NCBI GenBank assembly: GCA_963662655.2
Contig: CAXXTU010000002.1
Coordinates: forward strand, 3,040,001 to 3,104,000
From: Candidatus Cloacimonadales bacterium
GTDB taxonomy: Bacteria; Cloacimonadota; Cloacimonadia; Cloacimonadales; JAIOQZ01
Direction: 5' to 3'
Length of the DNA stretch: 64,000 nucleotides
Part shown: positions 1 through 9,439 of the stretch, in pieces
How positions within the stretch are numbered: position 1 is the first letter of the stretch
How the letters are laid out: each line of letters begins with the position of its first letter
Made by a program: the position numbers and the translations under genes
Notes under the pieces: model-generated
Told to the model about the DNA's origin: nothing
The model's input: only the letters and a program-made list of their open reading frames with translations
Database searches by the model: none

Positions 1-514
1 CCTTGTCGATTCCGGCGAAGAAGTTGATGTCCTCGTCTTCATCGTCGTTTTCCATAGAGTAGTTCACACCGCCGTGAAATCCGAGGTTACCCAGAAGCAG
101 ATAATTCTTGCTGAGCACCGCGTAGAATCCCTTCGATTTGAGATCGTAGCGATTATCGAATTTGTGGAAAACACCGTGTCCGCGAGAATCGTAGCCGATT
201 GCCAGCGCGGGCCACTTGGCCGATTCGTCGAGCAGGCGATATTTCGCCATGAATTCTATGCGTTCGTGCCATGTCGGCTCTTCGTTACCCACGACGTCTT
301 CGCCGCCGTAGCTCACGCCGAACATGAATCCGGGAAACAAGCCGACTTCCGCGCCCACAAGCATACCGTTCTGACGATATATCTTGGTGAATACGGATGC
401 CTCGCCGCGCTGAAGAACGCCGGCCGTCGGCGCGTCTACGAGCTTTCTCAATTCATAGGCACTGCTTGCGACAACGATTGCCGCCAGGATCAAAATCAAA
501 CAAACTTTCTTCAT
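1..514 (-). CDS. Outer-membrane beta-barrel protein, YjbH-like (3' end runs off the window)
   Basis: Not in ORF track. Read manually from ATG at 514: MKKVCLILILAAIVVASSAYELRKLVDAPTAGVLQRGEA...PALAIGYDSRG...GFHGGVNYS. Signal peptide and alternating beta-strand pattern; ATGA overlap with the upstream stop. Confidence 0.65.
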   Translation of the reverse strand, partial: MKKVCLILILAAIVVASSAYELRKLVDAPTAGVLQRGEASVFTKIYRQNGMLVGAEVGLFPGFMFGVSYGGEDVVGNEEPTWHERIEFMAKYRLLDESAKWPALAIGYDSRGHGVFHKFDNRYDLKSKGFYAVLSKNYLLLGNLGFHGGVNYSMENDDEDEDINFFAGIDK

Positions 515-1569
515 TCCGGTTTCCCTCCAGGATTTTTCACACGAAACGTTTTACTGATCTCTTCCAGCTCGATCAGCGTTGTCAATTTATAACCTTCGGG
601 ATAGTAGATTGAGTTGTCAATAAGAAAAGCGGTCGAAGTCGCAGAATCATACAATACGAAGCACTGGAAAGCCCCGCCGACGTAATATTTGTCGTTGTGC
701 CAGGGACCGGAAATCTTCAGGGCGTCGTACGGTCCGATTTTCACACTGATCGTACGGGCGAGCTTGGGATCGAACTGGTCTTCGTCGTAATAATCCCACG
801 CGAGATGCTTGCGAGTCTCCAGACCCCATGCACGGAAGTCGGGTTTTTGGTCCAGCTTCTCGTAATAGACGCCGAAGTATCGATCCGGCTGTTCGCCGAG
901 CCTTGCCAGCCATGAGAGGTAGCGATTTCCGAAATCCCGCTTGTTCAGAACATAATTCTTGGGCAGGCGCACTTGCCAGGGGAGTTCGTCGAAATCCGAT
1001 TCCTGATGGATGCCGGGCATGTAAGCGCGTCGCTGCATGCGCTGGTGCATCTTGTCTAGGAACAGATCGAATATCTCGTTCGATTTCTCGTAGTTGAATC
1101 GAGGTAAATCCTTACCGATATCGGTAATCAGGAAAACGGCGATCTGGTCGTTCGACCACAGTTCGTCGCGGGTGAAAAGGCCTCCGCCGCTCTCTTTCAC
1201 CTGCTGAATATAGGTTTCGCCCAGCTTGTTCGTGAGGTAGGAAGAGACCTTGTCCGCTGAACGGAGATTTCCCAGAAACAGCAGATTCGCGAAGCGATAG
1301 TAGGTATCCATATTGGAGATGTTCACACGCTTGACCTCGAAGTAGGGCTCGTTCTCCGTGGTGAACACCTGCCGCTCCAGCGAGTAGCGCAGGTATTTCT
1401 CGACGCCTTTCCAGACGGGATCGTCAGCGAACACGTAGATCGTTTGATTGTGTCCCCATGACGGCGGTTTATCGGTGCGGGTCTTGGGTCTGCCATCGTC
1501 TTTTCCCTGCTCGCCGCAAGCGAACAGGACAAGCGCGAGGATCAGGATCAGAATGATTCGTTTCATCAT
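511..1569 (-). CDS. Lipoprotein, DUF4837-like
   Basis: True start MMKRIILILILALVLFAC (lipobox) overlapping the pgsA stop; motifs 'VFTTENEPYF' and 'GPWHNDKYYVGGAF'. The track extension to 1878 is spurious. Confidence 0.7.
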   Translation of the reverse strand: MMKRIILILILALVLFACGEQGKDDGRPKTRTDKPPSWGHNQTIYVFADDPVWKGVEKYLRYSLERQVFTTENEPYFEVKRVNISNMDTYYRFANLLFLGNLRSADKVSSYLTNKLGETYIQQVKESGGGLFTRDELWSNDQIAVFLITDIGKDLPRFNYEKSNEIFDLFLDKMHQRMQRRAYMPGIHQESDFDELPWQVRLPKNYVLNKRDFGNRYLSWLARLGEQPDRYFGVYYEKLDQKPDFRAWGLETRKHLAWDYYDEDQFDPKLARTISVKIGPYDALKISGPWHNDKYYVGGAFQCFVLYDSATSTAFLIDNSIYYPEGYKLTTLIELEEISKTFRVKNPGGKPE

Positions 1570-2141
1570 TGTTCCTTTTTGGGCGGGATGAAATAGGTCG
1601 CGCCCGAAAGAAGCGTTATTGCCGCGATGATCCAGAAGCAGATGCGCAGGATCAATTCGATGATGCAGGATGCCTCTTGCAGGAACGTGAGGTAATGACG
1701 GAAGGCGTAAAACGTAAGCGCTGCGATAATGCCCGTCATTTGCGTGAAAGTCTTGAGCTTGCCCCAGATATTGGCGGGGATGTAGATTTTTCTGCGAGAG
1801 TAGTAATTCCTCCGCATGGTGACAGCCACTTCGCGGATGATGACCACGATGGGAATCCAGATTCCGATCATCTTCCACGGCCCCAGCGATAGTGCCAGGA
1901 TCGCCGTCACGACGACCAGCTTATCCGCCAGCGGATCCATGATCTTGCCGAAATTGGAGATCACGTTCATCTGTCTTGCGAGAACGCCGTCCAGGTAGTC
2001 GGAGATCGAGGCGATGACGAAAAAGATCAGCCCGTAGAGGTAGCCCTTTTCCGCCGGCTGATACAGGAACAAAAACCATATCAGCGCCGGCACGCAAGCG
2101 ACGCGCAGCATGGTCAGCATATTGGGTATTTGTTTTCTCAT
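1566..2141 (-). CDS. pgsA: CDP-diacylglycerol--glycerol-3-phosphate 3-phosphatidyltransferase
   Basis: PNMLTMLR start; CDP-alcohol motif DYLDGVLAR...FGKIMDPLADK; GKLKTFTQM. Confidence 0.93.
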   Translation of the reverse strand: MRKQIPNMLTMLRVACVPALIWFLFLYQPAEKGYLYGLIFFVIASISDYLDGVLARQMNVISNFGKIMDPLADKLVVVTAILALSLGPWKMIGIWIPIVVIIREVAVTMRRNYYSRRKIYIPANIWGKLKTFTQMTGIIAALTFYAFRHYLTFLQEASCIIELILRICFWIIAAITLLSGATYFIPPKKEQ

Positions 2142-2908
2142 GATTCTTCACTTCGCATGGAAAGCGCGGTAACCAGCGTTCCCAATAGCAACCCGATTCC
2201 TTGCAGTCCGGCCAGATCCAGTTCCTGCCAGGGGGATTGCAAAACATATTTTCTTACAAGGAAAACGAAAACGGCGCTGAATATTACAGGTAGAAAAACC
2301 AGCGCGAGGTAATTACGGATAAAATTCTTCAGGCGTTTACCCTCGTCTCCACCAGCCCTGCGATACACCTTCCAGAAGAGGTTGTTGCGCGTTTCCGACC
2401 ACGTTCCCATAGAGCCTACGACCAGAAACAGCACGAATGCCAGCACGATATCGACGGTGCCACGAATCACGATGGCGTCGTCGTATGCCGTTCGTAGCGA
2501 CTGCCAGCGATTGAAATCGTATTCGAGCGGAATTCCGAGCGTGTCCGCCTGGGTGGTCAGTTCCCTGATGCTGCCCTCGGTGTAATCGTCCGGTTCGAGG
2601 TTGAGGCGGAGGATATCGGGGAGGTTGACGTCGTCGAGGATGTCGCGCGCTTGCTGCAGCCCGTACTTGCTGATCAACGTATCGCTGGATTCCTCGCCCT
2701 TGATCACCGTGAGATGTTTCACGTATGCTATCCGCCGAAGCAGGCTGTCGGCGTGCTCGGTCAGGCCGTCGTCCGCGGAAAAGAACATCACCGGCGTATC
2801 GTAGAGCTGATTGCCGATACGATCGACCCGCGCTTCCAGAAAAAGACGCAGGCAGTCCCAGCTCAATACGATCGCGATAACGATTAAAAACTGCCACCAG
2901 AATTTCAC
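2138..2908 (-). CDS. FtsX-like membrane protein (short, divergent)
   Basis: N-terminal TM, periplasmic domain with 'NLPDILRL', C-terminal TM helices; coupled to an upstream ABC-ATPase-like gene. Confidence 0.5.
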   Translation of the reverse strand: MKFWWQFLIVIAIVLSWDCLRLFLEARVDRIGNQLYDTPVMFFSADDGLTEHADSLLRRIAYVKHLTVIKGEESSDTLISKYGLQQARDILDDVNLPDILRLNLEPDDYTEGSIRELTTQADTLGIPLEYDFNRWQSLRTAYDDAIVIRGTVDIVLAFVLFLVVGSMGTWSETRNNLFWKVYRRAGGDEGKRLKNFIRNYLALVFLPVIFSAVFVFLVRKYVLQSPWQELDLAGLQGIGLLLGTLVTALSMRSEES

Positions 2909-3528
2909 GATTCGTCCTCCACTACCATTCCTTGATCGATACGATAATAGCGATCGAATCCGTCAAGCTTACACTTTGCCGTAGCCAGAACTGCCGTTCC
3001 GCTTTCCATGGCGACCTTCAACGTCTCAAGAACCTTCTCGTATCGTCTGGAATCGAAATAGACATCGATGTCGTCGATGAGGATCGCAAAGGGGAGCTGG
3101 ATGACGGCGCGAATGATCTCCACCATGATTTTCTGCGAATAGGTGAGGCGGATCACCGGGGAATCGAGATATTCCCGCAGACCGAGGATGTCGCCGAGTT
3201 GCTCCGCGCGCTCGATTTGCCGCTGGGTGAGTTTATGCATGGGAATGCACAGGTTTTCACGGATGGTTTTCTTCGCCAGAAGGTGAACCTCGGGTTGAAC
3301 CAGGATCGTTTTACGCTTGATTTTGCGGCTGTGGATCGATTCGTCTTTGATCAGGATGTTGCCCTCGAGCTGACGGTATTCGCCGTGGATGGTTCTGAGC
3401 AGTAGGCTGCGTCCCTCCACGTTTGCCCCGACGATCAATGCCGATGTACGCGCCGGAAGGTGCAGGTACGGAACCGTGAGGATGGCTCTTTCCCCGTCGT
3501 TGATCTTCAGGTCGTTCACTTTAAGCAT
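2905..3528 (-). CDS. Degenerate ABC ATP-binding-like protein (FtsE-like)
   Basis: ABC fold layout (TIRENL, AILIDD), but Walker A GANVEGRS, signature LTYSQ and no H-loop His. Confidence 0.6.
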   Translation of the reverse strand: MLKVNDLKINDGERAILTVPYLHLPARTSALIVGANVEGRSLLLRTIHGEYRQLEGNILIKDESIHSRKIKRKTILVQPEVHLLAKKTIRENLCIPMHKLTQRQIERAEQLGDILGLREYLDSPVIRLTYSQKIMVEIIRAVIQLPFAILIDDIDVYFDSRRYEKVLETLKVAMESGTAVLATAKCKLDGFDRYYRIDQGMVVEDES

Positions 3529-3559
3529 TGCCTGGCTCTCCTGTTTGAAATAGTTTGAC

Positions 3560-4171
3560 TCAATACTTCAGTATAGCAATCATCATGCCTTTCTTATCAT
3601 GATGTAATGATATTATGTCATGGATGTGGAGGTCAACTAATTTTGCTTTTTCTTCCAGCTCTTCCATGCGCGATAGCGGATACAAGAGGAACGCCGTCCC
3701 CTCCGATGAAAGGTTTCTGTCGACACACGCGAGAACGTCGGCCATCGTACAAATGATTTCGTGACGGGCGATGTTGCGTTCCCGATTGGGGCCGAGGCGA
3801 CCGCTCCCAAACGGTATGAAGGGCGGGTTGGATACGACCGCGTCGAAGGGAGCGCTTGCGGTGAAGTTGCGAATATCCTCGTGCAGGAAATCAATCGACG
3901 CGCCGGTTCGCTTGCGATTGGCAATTGCCAAACGATGTGCGTCTTCGCGGATTTCTACGCCCGTGACGTTCATGTCAGGCAGGGAAAGCTTGAGCATGAT
4001 GGAGACAATGCCGATTCCGGAGCCCAGTTCAAGCAGCGAACAGGTCTTTTCCCCGATCCTTTTCGTAACCGCTTCCACCAGTGAGGCGGCATCGTGGGAG
4101 ACTGGCTGCCCGGTATCCTGGTAGATCGAAAGCTCTCCGATGGGTAGAGTAACCAGCCTGGCGCTTTCCAT
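3560..4171 (-). CDS. SAM-dependent methyltransferase, tRNA1(Val) A37 N6-methyltransferase-like
   Basis: LELGSGIG motif I, VSNPPF motif IV, 'IARHEI'. Confidence 0.8.
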   Translation of the reverse strand: MESARLVTLPIGELSIYQDTGQPVSHDAASLVEAVTKRIGEKTCSLLELGSGIGIVSIMLKLSLPDMNVTGVEIREDAHRLAIANRKRTGASIDFLHEDIRNFTASAPFDAVVSNPPFIPFGSGRLGPNRERNIARHEIICTMADVLACVDRNLSSEGTAFLLYPLSRMEELEEKAKLVDLHIHDIISLHHDKKGMMIAILKY

Positions 4172-4189
4172 ACACAAACCAAGCGCTGA

Positions 4190-5113
4190 TTAATTGCTCA
4201 GATCCAGCATGGTCCGAATGCTCTTCAATGCTCTCGCTGCGATGCCCTCTTCGATCGTCACCTCGCCGGTTTCTTCCAGGAGCGTGAGCAGTACCTCTTT
4301 CAGGGAGGTCTTCTTCATGTTGATGCAGGTAGACCGTTCGCAAAGCGCTTCGATCGACTTCAGCGGATACATGGCTTGCAGCTTCTTGACCAGTCCGACT
4401 TCCGTTCCGATGATCAGATTATCGTGGTTGGCAGCGTAGTCCTCCATCCCTTGCGTGCTGGCGACGACGTCCGCGGCGCGGAACACTTCCGGCTTGCACT
4501 CGGGATGAACGATGATGGTGTGATCGGGATATTTTACCCGGGCCTTGTCGACGTCCTCGATACGAATCATCTGGTGATGGACGTTGCAATAGCCGTCCCA
4601 GACGATGATCTTGCGCCCCGTTTGGTCCGCGGCGTAGGTTCCCAGGTTCTGGTCGGGAACGAAGAGGATGGTTTTGTCCTTCGGGATCGAATTGACGATC
4701 TTCACGGCGTTGGAAGAGGTGCAGCAGATATCGCTCTCCGCCTTCACGTCCACGGTGGAGTTCACGTAGCACAGGGTGATCGAACCGGGGTGTTGCGCCT
4801 TGAACTCCCGGAGCTTCTCGCCGGTGATCATGTCCGCCATGGGGCATCCGGCTTCTATGTGCGTGAGGAGCACTTTCGCATCGGGATTGAGCAGCTTGGC
4901 TGTTTCCGCCATGAACCGCACGCCGGCAAACACGATGATATCCGCATCAACACGCGTCGCTTCCTGAGCGAGCGCAAGCGAATCACCGGTGAAATCCGCG
5001 ACATCCTGAACGGGTAGAATCTGGTAATTGTGTGCCAGGATAACGGCGTTCTTTTCTCTCTTCAATCGTTGTATGGTTTCTTTGGTTATCTTCTCGGAAA
5101 GGTTGTTCATCAT
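4190..5113 (-). CDS. nadA: Quinolinate synthase
   Basis: ILAHNYQ, GDSLALA, VRFMAETAK, AGCPMAD, YVNST, CTSSNA, VHPEC, GTEVG, CINMKK. Confidence 0.97.
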   Translation of the reverse strand: MMNNLSEKITKETIQRLKREKNAVILAHNYQILPVQDVADFTGDSLALAQEATRVDADIIVFAGVRFMAETAKLLNPDAKVLLTHIEAGCPMADMITGEKLREFKAQHPGSITLCYVNSTVDVKAESDICCTSSNAVKIVNSIPKDKTILFVPDQNLGTYAADQTGRKIIVWDGYCNVHHQMIRIEDVDKARVKYPDHTIIVHPECKPEVFRAADVVASTQGMEDYAANHDNLIIGTEVGLVKKLQAMYPLKSIEALCERSTCINMKKTSLKEVLLTLLEETGEVTIEEGIAARALKSIRTMLDLSN

Positions 5114-5135
5114 GGAAAGCTCCTTGAGAAATGAA

Positions 5136-5576
5136 TCAGATTTGCGTGTGCCCGAAACCGCCCGTGCCCCGCTCGGTTTCGGAGAGTTCTTCGACGACGA
5201 CGAATTCGACCGCCTCGCAACGGGAGATAATCATCTGGGCGATGCGGCTTCCTGGTTCGACGGTATAGGTTTTATCGCCAAAATTATACATGATGATCCC
5301 GACTTCGCCACGGTAGTCCGAATCGATGGTACCCGGCGCATTCAGGATGCCGATGCCATGCTTGAGCGCCAGACCGCTTCTCGGGCGGATTTGAGCCTCA
5401 TAGCCCTCGGGTATCCCGATGGATATTCCGGTGGGTACCAGCTTGACCTTGCCCGGCTCCAGCGCGATCGGTGTCTCTGCCGACGTATAAAGGTCGTAGC
5501 CGGCAGCGTGCGTCGTCATTCGCTGCGGCAATCTTGCGCTTGAGGTGAGTGTTTTCAGTTCGACTCTAATCATCAA
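5136..5576 (-). CDS. dut: dUTP diphosphatase
   Basis: AAGYDL, RPRSGLA, GTIDSDYRGE, RIAQM, RGTGGFGHT. Confidence 0.97.
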   Translation of the reverse strand: MMIRVELKTLTSSARLPQRMTTHAAGYDLYTSAETPIALEPGKVKLVPTGISIGIPEGYEAQIRPRSGLALKHGIGILNAPGTIDSDYRGEVGIIMYNFGDKTYTVEPGSRIAQMIISRCEAVEFVVVEELSETERGTGGFGHTQI

Positions 5577-6460
5577 AAATCTCTGGTAAGGATGAAATCC
5601 GCCAGCATGCGAAGCATATCGGCCTTCGGGCCGTACGGCTCGAGCAGGTCAATCGCTTCCGCGACCAGTTTCTCGGCGATTTCGCGGGACTTCTCGAGTC
5701 CGTAAACAGCGGGGAAGGTTGCCTTTTTCACCTTGCTGTCCTTGCCGGTTGATTTGCCCAACTTGGCAGCGCTGCCTTCGATGTCGAGGATGTCGTCCAC
5801 GATCTGGAATGCCAGACCGATCTTGTCTCCGAATTTTTCCAGGCGTTTGATATCTTCCGCTGGAGCTTCGGCGGCATAGCAGCCAAAGCGTATCGAGAGC
5901 TTGATCAGCTTCCCGGTTTTATTGTCGTGGATAAACTTCAGTTCCTGCTCGGTGACGTCCTTGCCCTCTTTGAGGATATCCATTACCTGGCCTGCGATCA
6001 GACCCTTGTCGCCTGCTTCCTTGGCCAGTTCTTCAACCATTTGCAGTTTCACGTCGGGCGAGCCGTCCATGAGCGACAGAATCTCGAAGGCGCTTGCGAG
6101 CAGTGCGTCGCCGGCCAGAAGCGCGAGATCGGATCCGTAGATCACATGGCAGGTTTTTCTGCCGCGCCGGTAATCGTCGTTATCGATTTCGGGGAGGTCG
6201 TCGTGGATAAGCGTAAATGTGTGAAGCATCTCGATGGCTGCTCCAACCGGGCGAATCAGGGCGATGTCATCGCTGAAAAGCAGGAAGGCGTGTATGGCGA
6301 GGTAGGGGCGGAGACGCTTCCCTCCGGCAAAGAGCGTATGGCGCATCGCTTTGTGGATTTCTTTGGGGTATTCGTCTTTGCGGGGTAAAAAACGATCGAG
6401 CGTGATGTTGATGAGTTCACGCTTCTCTTTCAAATCCTTTTTAAGCAACATTTTATTCAC
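5573..6460 (-). CDS. ispA: Farnesyl diphosphate synthase (geranyltranstransferase)
   Basis: GGKRLRP, LIHDDLP..DNDDYRRG, GQVMD, KTG, AFQIVDDILD; follows xseB. Confidence 0.92.
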   Translation of the reverse strand: MNKMLLKKDLKEKRELINITLDRFLPRKDEYPKEIHKAMRHTLFAGGKRLRPYLAIHAFLLFSDDIALIRPVGAAIEMLHTFTLIHDDLPEIDNDDYRRGRKTCHVIYGSDLALLAGDALLASAFEILSLMDGSPDVKLQMVEELAKEAGDKGLIAGQVMDILKEGKDVTEQELKFIHDNKTGKLIKLSIRFGCYAAEAPAEDIKRLEKFGDKIGLAFQIVDDILDIEGSAAKLGKSTGKDSKVKKATFPAVYGLEKSREIAEKLVAEAIDLLEPYGPKADMLRMLADFILTRDF

Positions 6461-6671
6461 GGGCGTCTCCTTCGTTCGCTATCGGACTTTCTTTCATTTT
6501 GGCAGAAATCGTCTCTATTTTCAGTTCCACGTCTTTCAGCTTCTTGTTGCATAGCTGAACCAACTGCGTTCCTTCTTCGTACAGCTTCAGTATCTCGTCG
6601 AGCTCGCCTTCGCCTGTCTCCAGCCGATGGACGATGCCTTCGAGTTTGTTCAAAGCCTCTTCAAATTTCAT
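6453..6671 (-). CDS. xseB: Exodeoxyribonuclease VII small subunit
   Basis: FEEALNKLEGIVHRLE...LYEEG..L...C.KKL. Confidence 0.93.
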   Translation of the reverse strand: MKFEEALNKLEGIVHRLETGEGELDEILKLYEEGTQLVQLCNKKLKDVELKIETISAKMKESPIANEGDARE

Positions 6672-7339
6672 CTATCCTCTCCGTCAAGGGATATTATAAT
6701 CAATAAATCACCTTTCTCATAACATATTTCAGCGGGGCTGTCAACAACAACATTGCTGATCCCGCGGCATTTCTTTCTGTAGAGTGTCTCGCCACATAGC
6801 GGATACTCCATTCCACGTGTTTCAACTTTTGTAACCTCTTCGGATACGGGAAGTAGCGAAAGCGTGTGTCCCACGTGGTCCGTCAGGCAAAAGCGTGGTT
6901 GGGCGAGAAGAATCCTCTGCTTCCCCGTCTCGATTCGAGCATCGATGTTCTTTTCTTTAGCGTCATAGAGAAGCGAAAGCAGCGAAAGCGTTTGATCGAC
7001 CCGGTTTTGCATGCTGTTAACGATAACGATACATTCCGGATTGCATTCGTATGCCTTGCGAAGGGCGATCTCGGCGTCTGTTTCATCCTTGGCGGAGGGG
7101 AATATCTCCACTTCGCAACGATTACGCAGCTCGTCGAGAATCTCGGGCTCGATGGAGTCCATGTCTCCCACGAGCATATCCGGGATTATCCGCAGCCTGT
7201 GCAATAAATTTGCGCCACCATCAGCAGCAATGATTGTATCGTTTTCGGTTTTTGCCCCAAGAATCTCTTCTATGCGCAGCAGCGATTCGATATCGGTGGT
7301 TCCGTCAAATCCGGCGGTGACGATCCAGCAAGCGCTCAA
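6668..7339 (-). CDS. thiN: Thiamine diphosphokinase
   Basis: IAADGGA, GDMDSI, KDETDAEIAL, RVDQ, GMEYPL, GISN. Confidence 0.92.
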   Translation of the reverse strand: MSACWIVTAGFDGTTDIESLLRIEEILGAKTENDTIIAADGGANLLHRLRIIPDMLVGDMDSIEPEILDELRNRCEVEIFPSAKDETDAEIALRKAYECNPECIVIVNSMQNRVDQTLSLLSLLYDAKEKNIDARIETGKQRILLAQPRFCLTDHVGHTLSLLPVSEEVTKVETRGMEYPLCGETLYRKKCRGISNVVVDSPAEICYEKGDLLIIISLDGEDR

Positions 7340-7683
7340 CGATTCTCCTTGATCGAATCGTACAGCTCTTGCAGGTTCTCGTCGGATCGAAGGGAGTCCT
7401 CCAACGCCTTCATGTGTTCGATGTCTGTTTGCACGGAATCCATGACTGCCGAGAGCTCTCCTATGTGTGTTTGCAGTTTCCGGTTTTCCTGCTTCAGAAA
7501 CGAGATTTTATCGATGTCCTCTCGATGGCTGTTCACGTATAGCACGGACAAGACGATCAGGGTTATTACGATCAGAAGAACTGTAAACAAAAAGACTACA
7601 GTACGTTGCGACAGACTTACCTTGACAACCTTGTCTGAGTCCGTTCTCGACAGGGTCAGAAGCCATTTTTTCCTGATATTCAT
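7336..7683 (-). CDS. Small membrane-anchored coiled-coil protein
   Basis: Single TM then coiled coil; first gene of the operon, ATGA-coupled to thiN. Confidence 0.6.
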   Translation of the reverse strand: MNIRKKWLLTLSRTDSDKVVKVSLSQRTVVFLFTVLLIVITLIVLSVLYVNSHREDIDKISFLKQENRKLQTHIGELSAVMDSVQTDIEHMKALEDSLRSDENLQELYDSIKENR

Positions 7684-8006
7684 AAGCTACTCTCTGAACG
7701 TGATCGTTAAAAAGGCATGATTTTCGATACGAGGTGAATGTCAAGGTATTTCTTTACAGACAGTTATGGCCATTTCAACGAATGAAGAAGCAGACAGGAA
7801 CAAATTCCCATAAGGTGCGGAGGAATCGTCATTTAACTTTCGGCATGCATCCGGTACGCCCCCCATTGCCCGATTCGCATTCCTCCATATCGATTTTGCT
7901 TGCGCATAAATCAATTTGATATTTTTTTAATTGATCTGTCGGTGGAAGCCGACTAGATAGCGGCGGATGCGGATAAAATCTTTTTATAGATTGCTCGGAA
8001 GCCGAA

Positions 8007-8022
8007 TGTACGATTGCGTACA
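8007..8022. promoter_or_regulatory. Palindrome TGTACG-N4-CGTACA, candidate enhancer-binding-protein site
   Basis: Perfect 6-bp inverted repeat about 75 bp upstream of a sigma54 promoter. Confidence 0.55.
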
Positions 8023-8095
8023 ATCTTTGTTCATGCAGGAACATGAAAAACTTGACGATTGTGTGTAAAAGCTTGTTATAAGCACAAATTGTCAA

Positions 8096-8111
8096 TGGAA
8101 CGGCAAATGCA
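8096..8111 (+). promoter_or_regulatory. Sigma54 -24/-12 promoter of the exporter operon
   Basis: TGGAAC-N5-ATGCA with GG-N10-GC spacing, about 30 nt before the ATG at 8144. Confidence 0.6.
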
Positions 8112-8143
8112 ATCAGATAAGCATTCCCAAGGAAAGGTACCGT

Positions 8144-9418
8144 ATGGATCAAAATGAAGTCAGCGGCATGGATCGCATAATTGAAAAGAAGAAATGGACT
8201 CTGAAGAAGCTGTCGATCATCGCACTATCGGCAGTGTTCCTGATATTTATCGTCTATCAGATATTCTTCGCGGATCGAAGCGTAAAGCTCAATGTTCAAA
8301 CGGATCGGATATCGATTGAAGAAGTGAAAAAAGACTATTTTCTGGATAACATCACCATAACGGGAACTGTTCAGCCGATCGTTACCGTGTATCTGGATGC
8401 ACTCGAGGGCGGACGCGTGGAAGAAATCCTCATCGAGGAAGGCACCGACGTCAAGGAAGGCGATACAATCCTGAAGCTCAGTAACACCAATCTACACATG
8501 AGCATCATGAACCGTGAGGCGGAGCTCGCGGACCAGATGAACAACCTCCGCAGCACACGTCTTTCGATGGAGCAGAACAAGCTGGATCTCAAGAAACAGC
8601 TTCTTGAAAACCGCTATCTCCTGACGAACGCGAAGCGGGAATTCGAGCAGGCTAAAGCGCTTCACGAAAAGAACTTCATCTCGCCCGAAGAGTTCCGGGA
8701 AGCCGAGGATGATTACCGTTACCTCCAGCAAAAACTCAATCTGGTAATCGAGACCCAGAAGCAGGATTCGCTCTTCCGGCAGGTTCAAATCGAGCAGCTC
8801 GAGGATTCCGTCGAGCGGATGGAGGAAAACTTGCGCCTGGTGCGTACGAAGCTGGAGAACCTCAACGTGAAGGCGCCCGTCAACGGTCAGCTTGCCTGGA
8901 TCAACGCTGAAATTGGAGAAGCGAAATCGGAAGGGGAGCGGCTCGGGCAGATCAACATCCTGGATTCCTACAAGATTCGCGCGGAGATCGACGAGCATTA
9001 CATTTCGCGAGTGGTACGAGGATTGCGTGGTGATTTCGAGTTCGACGGCGAAGATTACGAACTGCAATTGACGAAGATTCACGCTGAAGTGAACGACGGA
9101 CGGTTCGATGTCGATCTGACGTTCAAGGATGATCTTCCCCCCAAGATGCGCATCGGACAAACGTTCCGCGTGAAGCTGGAACTGGGTGAACCTCGCATGG
9201 GAATCTTGATTCCGCGCGGCGGATTTTTCCAGACGACGGGCGGCCAGTGGATATTCGTGGTCGATGAAAGCGGAGAGTACGCGGTCAAGCGCGATATCCG
9301 CATCAACCGGCAAAATTCCAAATATTACGAGGTATCCGAGGGACTCGAACCGGGTGAAAAGGTGGTTGTTTCCTCGTACGATAACTTTGGCGACGTTGAT
9401 AAATTGATACTTAAATAA
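8144..9418 (+). CDS. Efflux periplasmic adaptor (HlyD/MacA-like membrane fusion protein)
   Basis: N-terminal TM, lipoyl halves (GGRVEEILIEEG; VKAPVNGQL), long alpha hairpin, EVSEGLEPGEKVV. Confidence 0.9.
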   Translation: MDQNEVSGMDRIIEKKKWTLKKLSIIALSAVFLIFIVYQIFFADRSVKLNVQTDRISIEEVKKDYFLDNITITGTVQPIVTVYLDALEGGRVEEILIEEGTDVKEGDTILKLSNTNLHMSIMNREAELADQMNNLRSTRLSMEQNKLDLKKQLLENRYLLTNAKREFEQAKALHEKNFISPEEFREAEDDYRYLQQKLNLVIETQKQDSLFRQVQIEQLEDSVERMEENLRLVRTKLENLNVKAPVNGQLAWINAEIGEAKSEGERLGQINILDSYKIRAEIDEHYISRVVRGLRGDFEFDGEDYELQLTKIHAEVNDGRFDVDLTFKDDLPPKMRIGQTFRVKLELGEPRMGILIPRGGFFQTTGGQWIFVVDESGEYAVKRDIRINRQNSKYYEVSEGLEPGEKVVVSSYDNFGDVDKLILK

Positions 9419-9439
9419 TTGAAATACCCTGGAGGCAAC

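Noticed and set aside
1570..1878. 5' extension of the 455-aa track ORF
   Set aside because: Overlaps pgsA in another frame; the lipoprotein signal begins at 1569.
7829..8152. 107-aa minus-strand ORF in the divergent promoter region
   Set aside because: Overlaps regulatory motifs and the start of the adaptor gene; no recognisable features.
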